From Anaerolineales bacterium (GTDB lineage: Bacteria > Chloroflexota > Anaerolineae > Anaerolineales > UBA4823): a stretch of 64,000 nucleotides of DNA. A program made the position numbers and the translations under genes. Numbering within the stretch: the stretch's first letter is position 1; every line of letters starts with the position of its first letter. The notes beneath the pieces were generated by a model, which was not told the origin of the DNA, did no database searches, and saw nothing but the letters and a program-made list of their open reading frames with translations. Below, in pieces: positions 57,080-64,000 of this stretch. Where the stretch lies: the NCBI GenBank assembly GCA_020060465.1, contig JAGVAD010000015.1, positions 56,150 through 120,149 on the forward strand, in the 5' to 3' direction.

Positions 57080-57364
57080 ATGGATGATGATAAAAACGTT
57101 TCGCAACTGCCCTACCCGGGGCTATGCTCGGAATGTCAGACTGGTGTACTGCGCCTGAAATCTGTGACCTATTTCACCTGGCTGGATGATGAACTGGTAA
57201 CCGTGCAAAACTTCCCTGCCTGGGTGTGCGATGTATGTGGACGGCGTGAATACGATGCGCGAGCGATCGTGCGCTTGAATACGCTGCTGAGCCACGATGT
57301 CGGCCGCCGCGCGCATTACCGCCGCCGCCCTGGCGCTTCACGCGCCGATCAGGCGCGGACCTAG
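57080..57364 (+). CDS. YgiT-type zinc finger protein
   Basis: CSEC...PAWVCDVCG; GGAG RBS. Confidence 0.82.
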   Translation: MDDDKNVSQLPYPGLCSECQTGVLRLKSVTYFTWLDDELVTVQNFPAWVCDVCGRREYDARAIVRLNTLLSHDVGRRAHYRRRPGASRADQART

Positions 57365-57369
57365 ACCGT

Positions 57370-57912
57370 CTAGGCCCAACCCATTTTCTCCAGATGGGGG
57401 CGCGCCCAAAAAAGCGCAACCAGCGATTTCGAATCTTGCAAACCGCCCTGTTCGGCCAGACGCAGCGCACGTCTGGCTTCAATTTTTTCCACCCGCAAGA
57501 TTTCGGTTTCATCCCCTGGCAACGGCGATGGATTTAAGCCAACCGCCAGAAACACATGCATATATTCGGTCGAATAGCCAGGCGCAAGGTAAAACCCGCC
57601 GATCTTTTCTAGCCCATCCGCTGCCATGCCGATTTCTTCGCGCAGTTCTCGTTGGGCGCAGACTTCAGGGGCTTCGCCTTGCTCCGCCACACCAGCCGGC
57701 AATTCGAGCAATTCTTGCCCCGCAGCGTGACGATACTGGCGAATGAACCAGATCCAACCATCTGCGTCCACCGGCAAGATGGTAACAGCGTCGCGGTGAG
57801 CGACTATATCTAAAAGGATCTGACGCCCATCCGGCAGGAGCAGGCGATCCTGGCGCACGTCGAACACCCTGCCTTGAAATACGGTATTGGAATTTAACAA
57901 TTGTATGCCCAC
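57370..57912 (-). CDS. NUDIX hydrolase (ADP-ribose pyrophosphatase-like)
   Basis: RQYRH, ELPAG...AQRELREEIG, APGYSTE, DSKS. Start moved to GTG 57912 (GGAG upstream). Confidence 0.9.
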   Translation of the reverse strand: MGIQLLNSNTVFQGRVFDVRQDRLLLPDGRQILLDIVAHRDAVTILPVDADGWIWFIRQYRHAAGQELLELPAGVAEQGEAPEVCAQRELREEIGMAADGLEKIGGFYLAPGYSTEYMHVFLAVGLNPSPLPGDETEILRVEKIEARRALRLAEQGGLQDSKSLVALFWARPHLEKMGWA

Positions 57913-58037
57913 AAGCTCATCTCCGTTGAAGGGTAAAACGAAACAATCAAAGGAGCAGCCAGGAGACAGATCTGGCTGCTCCCAGAGAGCAGGTTCTGCA
58001 AAACAAGGGCAACAGCAAGTTGCCCCCAAAAGGCGAC

Positions 58038-58727
58038 TTACGGGATTTGCAACACCTGGCCGGGGGTCAGGCGATACGGCGGTTGCAAATTGTTGACCAC
58101 GGCGATCGCGTTCGGGTCCACATCGCCAAAGGCGCAGGCGATGGTATGGATGGTGTCGCCCGCGCGCACCGTATAGCTGGTGGGATGGGGCAGCAATGCA
58201 CGCCCCCCAGGGAAGCCACGCCCGGTTTGTGGAATGCGCAACACCATACCGGCGTAATAGACCGAGTAACTGCTCAAGCCGTTCAGGCGCAACAGTTCGC
58301 TGGGATCGAGGTTAAAACGCCGCGCAATGCAGAAGGGGAATTCACCTTTCTGCAACGTGTAAGTTGCCGGTACCACCAACGGCGGCGCAGTAGCCAACAC
58401 CACTGGTTCAACTACCTGCACAGGTTGGGTTGGGGCGGCGGCGCCAGGCTCGGTTGCAGGGGCAGCGGGTGTTACTTCAGGCGCAGTGGGGGTTTCTTGC
58501 CCTACTGGAGCCATGGGGGTGATCAATCCTTGTGTCGCCAGCGCAGTCTGGGTGGCGAAAATATAAATCTGGCTTAAGACATCGGTCGCATCCGTAGGCA
58601 GCGCTTCTGCCGTACCTTCAGGCGCTTTGGTCGCTTTCGCCCCGCCTGCAATGGAGCGAGTACAGGCAGACATGCCGATCAACAATAAGCCAACGATTAC
58701 AAACAGATAAGCGCGCTTGGTCTTCAT
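58038..58727 (-). CDS. Lipoprotein with two LysM domains
   Basis: Lipobox MSAC, Pro/Thr/Ala linker, YTLQKGE..IARRF..LRIP and YTVRAGDTI..IA..LQIP. Confidence 0.9.
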   Translation of the reverse strand: MKTKRAYLFVIVGLLLIGMSACTRSIAGGAKATKAPEGTAEALPTDATDVLSQIYIFATQTALATQGLITPMAPVGQETPTAPEVTPAAPATEPGAAAPTQPVQVVEPVVLATAPPLVVPATYTLQKGEFPFCIARRFNLDPSELLRLNGLSSYSVYYAGMVLRIPQTGRGFPGGRALLPHPTSYTVRAGDTIHTIACAFGDVDPNAIAVVNNLQPPYRLTPGQVLQIP

Positions 58728-58901
58728 CTCTGTCTCCTTGAGTTATCAGATGACCCGTCTGGCCTGGCTAGGTTTTACGCAAGATAGATCCACCCGCAAA
58801 TAGCAGGATTTGTATCAATCTTTGCAATGATACTAGCACAAACCCTTTTGTGCGTCAAGTTATTTGCACATTTTATTCTCGTTGCAAAGATCGTACCAGG
58901 G

Positions 58902-58929
58902 TTGACAGTTCGAACGCCTAAGGTATAAT
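58902..58929 (+). promoter_or_regulatory. Consensus sigma70 promoter of the kinase gene
   Basis: TTGACA-N16-TATAAT; AGGAG RBS before 58978. Confidence 0.8.
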
Positions 58930-58977
58930 GATTGCATTCGTGATCTATTTTGTCTTGTTTTTGCGCGCCAGGAGCAC

Positions 58978-60747
58978 ATGATGATTAATGACCGTTGGTT
59001 AGGTCAGACGCTGGGGGGGAGATACAGAATAGAGGAACTGCTCGGTCAAGGTGGGATGTCATCGGTGTACCGCGCAGTTGACCCCAACCTGCGCCGCGTT
59101 GTAGCGGTCAAGATGATCCATCCGCATCTTTCCAATAACGAAGAGTTTGTGCGCCGTTTCGAGGAGGAGGCCTCCTCAGTGGCTCAACTTCGTCACCCTA
59201 ACATTATCCAGGTTTATGATTTCAACCACGACCAGGGCCTCTATTATATGGTGATGGAGTTTGTGCTTGGCGAGACGCTGCAGCAACGTATGAAACGCTT
59301 GAGCGCCAATCAGCGCCGCTTGCCTTATAGCGAGATCATCCGTTACATCATTGACGTTTGTGAGGCGGTTGACTATGCCCATAAGCGGCAGATGATCCAT
59401 CGAGACATTAAACCGGCCAATATCATGTTAGATGTAAACGGCCACGCCATCTTGATGGATTTCGGAATTGCCAAGATCATCGGGGGGCATAAACATACGG
59501 CTACCGGGGCTGTGATTGGCACAGCTATGTATATGTCGCCGGAGCAGGTGCGCGGCGACCGTTTCGATCATCGCACAGATATCTACTCAATCGGGATTAC
59601 GCTTTTTGAAATGGTGCATGGTCGTCCGCCCTTTGATGCGGACTCAACCATGACTTTGATGATGAAACATCTCAATGAGCCGGTGCCAGATTTACGGCAA
59701 CTGCAACCAGATGCGCCCGAGGATTTGATCCGAGTCATTGAGAAAGCCCTGGCGAAAGATCCAGCCGAACGTTATCAAAGCGCGGCGGAAATGTCCGCCG
59801 CTTTGCGGAAAGTGAACGCCAGCCTCCAGGGGCAAGCGCTGGCTGGCAATGCATCTGCAGGCATGGTGCAGGTTTACGCTTCCACCACTCCGCAGTCAGC
59901 GGCGATTGAATCGGCGGTTCGCCCTTTAATCGCCGCCGGAAACGGTCCCTCGGCTTCTGCCTCGGCGGAGACCAGCGCAGTCCAGAGCGGCGTATTGCCC
60001 GGCGCGCCGAGCGCTGGCGCGCTTGCAGAGCCATCCAGGCGGCGCAACTTGCTGATGGTGGGCGGCTGTGCACTGATCCTGGCGGCGTTGATCTGTTTCG
60101 TCGGCGGCGCAGCGTATTTGTTTAATCAGTTCTTTCCTGGCCTCAATACTCAGGCTACAGAAATGGCTTCGATTGCTACCCAAACTGCCGTCGCTCAAAC
60201 ACGCAGCGCCCTTTTCACTGCGGCGGTCGTTGGCATGGTCTCTCCGATACCGACTTTGACCCCCGCTGTGGCTGTGCAACAGGCATCGCCGACCTCAGCG
60301 CCGACGCGGACGCCGACCCTGGACGCGAATAAACCCACCCCTTTGCCGCCCGGATTTCCATTTGTGCAGATCATATCCGTGAAGCAAGAGGGCGATTTCT
60401 ATCAGGTTGAATATGAAACCGTTGGGTTTATCGAGTCCTCGACCGGACGGCATATTCACTTCTTTTTCAACAATATCAATCCCAATGATGCTGGCTTCCC
60501 AGGCCCGGGGCCATGGTTCATGCATACCGGCCCGCGACCTTTTATTGCGGCCACTCTTGCCGACCGCCCGCCGGATGCGACGCAAATCTGCGCTCTGGTA
60601 GCCGAAGTGAACCATGAAGTCATCCCGGACAGCGGCAACTGCCTGGATTTGCCGCCCATCGTTGTATCCGATGCGCTCACTCCTTCGCCAGGAGCGACGC
60701 AACCCACGCCGAAGCCAACCAAAGAGCGCCGCGAACCCGGCTATTAA
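58978..60747 (+). CDS. Transmembrane Hanks-type Ser/Thr protein kinase
   Basis: GQGGMS, VAVK, HRDIKPAN, DFG, YMSPE; one TM; extracellular Pro/Thr linker plus a small domain; no PASTA repeats seen. Confidence 0.95.
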   Translation: MMINDRWLGQTLGGRYRIEELLGQGGMSSVYRAVDPNLRRVVAVKMIHPHLSNNEEFVRRFEEEASSVAQLRHPNIIQVYDFNHDQGLYYMVMEFVLGETLQQRMKRLSANQRRLPYSEIIRYIIDVCEAVDYAHKRQMIHRDIKPANIMLDVNGHAILMDFGIAKIIGGHKHTATGAVIGTAMYMSPEQVRGDRFDHRTDIYSIGITLFEMVHGRPPFDADSTMTLMMKHLNEPVPDLRQLQPDAPEDLIRVIEKALAKDPAERYQSAAEMSAALRKVNASLQGQALAGNASAGMVQVYASTTPQSAAIESAVRPLIAAGNGPSASASAETSAVQSGVLPGAPSAGALAEPSRRRNLLMVGGCALILAALICFVGGAAYLFNQFFPGLNTQATEMASIATQTAVAQTRSALFTAAVVGMVSPIPTLTPAVAVQQASPTSAPTRTPTLDANKPTPLPPGFPFVQIISVKQEGDFYQVEYETVGFIESSTGRHIHFFFNNINPNDAGFPGPGPWFMHTGPRPFIAATLADRPPDATQICALVAEVNHEVIPDSGNCLDLPPIVVSDALTPSPGATQPTPKPTKERREPGY

Positions 60748-61943
60748 TCATCGGCGCGGTTGCCGAGATTATTTTGCAGCGCCTCGCTCATCCGCTCCAG
60801 ACCTTGCTGTAACAACGGGCGCGGGCAAGCGAAGTTCAAGCGCACAAACCCCTCTCCTCCGGGCCCGAATTTTTCTCCATCGTTCAAAGCCACTCGGGCT
60901 TTCTCCAGGAAAAACTGGTATGGCTTGATTGGTAGATTTGCTTGCCGACAATCCAACCAGGCCAGGTAAGTCCCTTGTGGGTAACCAATGTGAACGCCGG
61001 GCAAATGTTGGCGGGCGAAATCCAGCAAATAATCCCGGTTGGCTTTCAGATAAAGCAGCACTTCTTGCAGCCACTCCTCACCCTCTTGATAGGCAACCTG
61101 GCCGGCCAAGAGTCCAAAGATGTTCACCCAGGGTATGAGACTTCGTCCAGCAAACATATAGCGCTTGCGCAACTCCCGATTGGGAATAATGGCAAACGAG
61201 ACCTGCAGTCCAGCCAGGTTATAGGTCTTACTGGGCGACATTAACGTAATCGTGTTTTGGGCAACCTCGTTATCCAATGTCGCGATGGGCGTATGGCGGC
61301 TTTCAGGATAGATCAGATCGCAATGTACCTCGTCCGCAACAATGGTCACGTTGTGTCGGAGACAGATTTCCGCCAGATGAGCCAGCTCTTCCGGTTGAAA
61401 CACCTTGCCGACCGGGTTATGGGGATTGCACAGGATAAACAGGCGGGTTTCCGGCGTGATGCTGGCCTCGAATGCGTCCCAATCCACCGAGTATGAGCCG
61501 TCTGTGTTGCGGGTGAGCATCATCTTTTGGCCCTGAATGCCGGTCTCGTGGGCAGCGGCGAGGATCGGCGGATAGACAGGGGTCTGCACCAGGACGGCCT
61601 CATGCGAATGCGCCAGAGCCAGGCATGCCAGATGGAAACCTACCACCACGCTGGGAGCAAAGACGATTTCTTCTGGGGTAATTTGCCATTGATAATGTCG
61701 CGCCAGTCGCTCCATGATCATTTGTCGAAACTCGGAAAGTTGGTGAGACGTATCATCATAGATGCTATCCGGGTAGCCAAAAACGCCGTGTTGAGCGCGG
61801 GCGACAAGCGCTCGAATGACCGGCTCTGGCGAGGGGAAGTCCATGTCGGCGATCCACATGGGGATCACATCCGGGGCGTAAGCGTTCCATTTGACGCTAT
61901 CGCTGGCGCGTCGATCAATGACCTGGTCGAAGTTATATTTCAT
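60744..61943 (-). CDS. MalY/PatB-family PLP C-S lyase (cystathionine beta-lyase-like)
   Basis: SVKW, PMWIADMDF, CNPHNPVG, DEVHCD, SPSKTYN, GFVRLNFAC. Confidence 0.92.
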   Translation of the reverse strand: MKYNFDQVIDRRASDSVKWNAYAPDVIPMWIADMDFPSPEPVIRALVARAQHGVFGYPDSIYDDTSHQLSEFRQMIMERLARHYQWQITPEEIVFAPSVVVGFHLACLALAHSHEAVLVQTPVYPPILAAAHETGIQGQKMMLTRNTDGSYSVDWDAFEASITPETRLFILCNPHNPVGKVFQPEELAHLAEICLRHNVTIVADEVHCDLIYPESRHTPIATLDNEVAQNTITLMSPSKTYNLAGLQVSFAIIPNRELRKRYMFAGRSLIPWVNIFGLLAGQVAYQEGEEWLQEVLLYLKANRDYLLDFARQHLPGVHIGYPQGTYLAWLDCRQANLPIKPYQFFLEKARVALNDGEKFGPGGEGFVRLNFACPRPLLQQGLERMSEALQNNLGNRADD

Positions 61944-62014
61944 AGATTGGGTTTCCTGGGGCGTGCAATAGGTTGTGTTTTAGATAAGGCTGATTATAGG
62001 GTTAAAATGACGAT

Positions 62015-62905
62015 ATGATCAAGGTCAAGAGGATTGTTGCTCTTTCCCTGAAATCCTTTAGAAGGCTGCTCTTCTCTTATCTGCTGATTTTCTTGGGAGC
62101 TGGGTGCATCGCCCCAACGCAGCAACCGCCGCCTCCTGCAGATACTGCTGTTTCGCTTATCACTTCTACATCAACCCATACTCTGGCGCCAGCGCCTACT
62201 CGCGCCGCTGCCATGCCCACTGAGGAACCTGCTCCGGTCCCGACATTGGAGATCTGCCCGCCGCTGCCCGGTTACTCGCGTCAGAATCTGTTAGAAGCTA
62301 TCAGCAACCCTTATCAACCACCGCGCTTGGGCAGCGACGACCCTCATCAAGGCGTAGATCTAGCGGTGACGCAAGACGGGATTGCGCTGGCGGGGAATCC
62401 GATCCAGGCGGCGCTGGTGGGTCGAGTAGCGATGATATTAAACGACCGCTTCCCATACGGGAATGCCGTTTTGATCGAGACGCCTCTGCGCTCACTACTT
62501 GCTCCAAACGATGATCTTCGTCTGGCAATCCCCACCCCGGCGCCGACGCTGCCTGCCCACCCTTCGCTCACCTGCCCGGCGGTCAAAACTACAGGCGGTC
62601 TGTCTCAACAAAATCGCTCACTCTATCTGCTCTATGCACATCTCTCGGAAACAGCAGTGCTTCAGCCGGGGGATGCCGTGGCTTGCGGCGAATATCTGGG
62701 AAAAATTGGTCAGAGTGGGAACGCCCTCAACCCACACTTGCATCTGGAAGCGCGGGTGGGTCCCAGCGGGGCGCGGTTTTCCAGCATGGCGCATTACACC
62801 ACCTCTGCAAGCGCAGAAGAAATGGGCAATTACTGTCTGTGGCGAGTGAGCAACCAATTTCAACTGGTCAATCCTCTGGATTTGCTGCGCCTGTTGCCTG
62901 ATTGA
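62015..62905 (+). CDS. M23 family metallopeptidase lipoprotein
   Basis: Lipobox GAGC, HQGVD, YGN, YAHL, GQSGN..PHLHLE. Confidence 0.88.
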   Translation: MIKVKRIVALSLKSFRRLLFSYLLIFLGAGCIAPTQQPPPPADTAVSLITSTSTHTLAPAPTRAAAMPTEEPAPVPTLEICPPLPGYSRQNLLEAISNPYQPPRLGSDDPHQGVDLAVTQDGIALAGNPIQAALVGRVAMILNDRFPYGNAVLIETPLRSLLAPNDDLRLAIPTPAPTLPAHPSLTCPAVKTTGGLSQQNRSLYLLYAHLSETAVLQPGDAVACGEYLGKIGQSGNALNPHLHLEARVGPSGARFSSMAHYTTSASAEEMGNYCLWRVSNQFQLVNPLDLLRLLPD

Positions 62906-62998
62906 TATTCACCGAAATTGGTTCATCTCGTCGGCGCAAAACGTCCCGCAGGTTTCCGATCGCACAGGCTCGATTTTAGGGGAACCTGCGGAACGTTC
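62902..62998 (+). repeat. Family 1 element, copy C
   Basis: Closely similar to 23359-23454; its first bases overlap the M23 gene TGA stop. Confidence 0.8.
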
Positions 62999-63021
62999 CT
63001 TGAGAGAAAGTTGCCGCTCCA

Positions 63022-63082
63022 GTCTGCCGTAATGCGGGCTTTGCAAGCCGTGGCGTCGGTTTCCGACTGATGCCGGGCGAGC
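63022..63082 (+). repeat. Family 2 REP-like element, copy 2
   Basis: gcgggctttgcaagccgtggcgtcggtttccgactgatgccgggcgagc matches 19431-19479. Confidence 0.6.
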
Positions 63083-63163
63083 GCCAACAACAACTTTTGA
63101 ATACACATCCCAGGGTTGGCGAGGGCGCGCCCAACCATCACCAGCCGAAGTATAATCAGCCCA

Positions 63164-64000
63164 ATGTTGACTTCATCCGAAGCGAAGCTGAATTTGGCGC
63201 GGGCGCGACAGCAGCGCCTGCAAGCTGACCTGATCTTGTTGACCGTGGCGTTGATTTGGGGCAGCGCGTTCGTTGTTCAACGTCTGGCGGCGGCGCAGGT
63301 GGGCGTTTACACCTTCAATGGCGCGCGCTTCTTATTGGCAGCGCTGGCGCTGACGCCGCTGGCGCGCCTTCGGCTATTCCATGTCTCAGGCGCAGCCGGC
63401 CTCCATCGGCGAACACTGCCTGGCGCGATCCTGGCTGGCTGCATTCTGGCAGCCGGAGCCGGTTTTCAACAGGCTGGCTTGAAAATCACCACCGCCGGCA
63501 ACGCCGGTTTTATCACCGGACTATATGTGGTGTGGATCCCGATCTTTATGTCCGTTTTCTGGCGTCAAAAAATACGCCCGACGATCTGGATCGCTGCGCT
63601 CATGTCGGCTGGCGGTTTGTATCTGCTCAGCGCCAGCGGACCGTTGCGCCTGAACCGCGGCGATGCTTTGGAACTGGTCGGCGCGGTTTTTTGGGCGCTG
63701 CATGTCATTGTCACCGATCGCATGGTGAAACGGATGCATGTAGCGCATTTTGTCATCGCCCAGTACGCTGTGTGTGCGCTGATTAACCTGGTGATCGGCG
63801 CCTGGCTCGAACCCGGTGTTCTGCCACAAATTCTGGCTAACGGCTGGATGATCGCTTACGCTGGCTTGCTCTCGGTGGGCGTGGGTTATACGCTACAAGC
63901 TGTGGGACAGCGGGTGGCGCCGCCGGCGGATGCGGCCATCATCCTGAGCATGGAGGCGGTCTTTGCGGCAACCGCTGGTTGGTTTTTCTTGGGCGAAACG
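63164..64000 (+). CDS. EamA/DMT family transporter, partial (runs off window end)
   Basis: Not in the ORF track. Manual translation MLTSSEAKLNLARARQQRLQADLILLTVALIWGSAFVVQR...FNGARF...TAGNAGFITGLYVV; TATAAT 7 nt before the ATG. Confidence 0.88.
   Translation, partial: MLTSSEAKLNLARARQQRLQADLILLTVALIWGSAFVVQRLAAAQVGVYTFNGARFLLAALALTPLARLRLFHVSGAAGLHRRTLPGAILAGCILAAGAGFQQAGLKITTAGNAGFITGLYVVWIPIFMSVFWRQKIRPTIWIAALMSAGGLYLLSASGPLRLNRGDALELVGAVFWALHVIVTDRMVKRMHVAHFVIAQYAVCALINLVIGAWLEPGVLPQILANGWMIAYAGLLSVGVGYTLQAVGQRVAPPADAAIILSMEAVFAATAGWFFLGET

Noticed and set aside
57080-57364. YgiT/MqsA zinc finger as a toxin-antitoxin module
   Set aside because: No HTH domain and no adjacent toxin gene.
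57913-58029. Cys-rich N-terminal extension of the NUDIX ORF
   Set aside because: A GTG with GGAG RBS at 57912 gives a normal-length protein; the extension is probably non-coding.
1-64000. rRNA, tRNA, prophage, integrase, transposase or defence-system genes
   Set aside because: No recognisable motifs found by eye; a covariance-model scan would be needed to exclude small RNAs fully.

Overview
A 64-kb stretch of gene-dense bacterial chromosome with about 45 CDS. I found no rRNA, tRNA, CRISPR array, integrase or transposase. Pro/Thr-rich lipoproteins, 'YLPxV' motifs after signal peptides and the cdaA-cdaR pair suggest Chloroflexota, probably Anaerolineae (inference). Housekeeping blocks: ECF sigma/anti-sigma/ABC exporter; protease-MoxR-DUF58-VWA-VWA operon; 2-oxoacid dehydrogenase E1(fused)/E2/E3; glycan modification cluster; peptide ABC transporter; coaE-cdaA-cdaR-der-lepB; Ser/Thr kinase. 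Most notable: (1) a Thr/Ile ribosomal attenuator in front of an aspartokinase that is translationally coupled to an apparently circularly permuted HAD-family enzyme, a candidate unrecognised threonine-pathway enzyme. (2) A ComQXPA-like quorum-sensing locus with an intact ComP-like kinase and ComA-like regulator but a 5'-deleted ComQ-like prenyltransferase and no visible peptide gene, plus an adjacent orphan structured RNA candidate. (3) A circularly permuted, Cys-rich family-5 solute-binding protein with a STAB-SD-like leader. (4) A dispersed REPIN/MITE-like repeat whose asymmetric core is flipped between its inverted arms in one copy. All functional calls come from motif reading by eye; no database searches were run.
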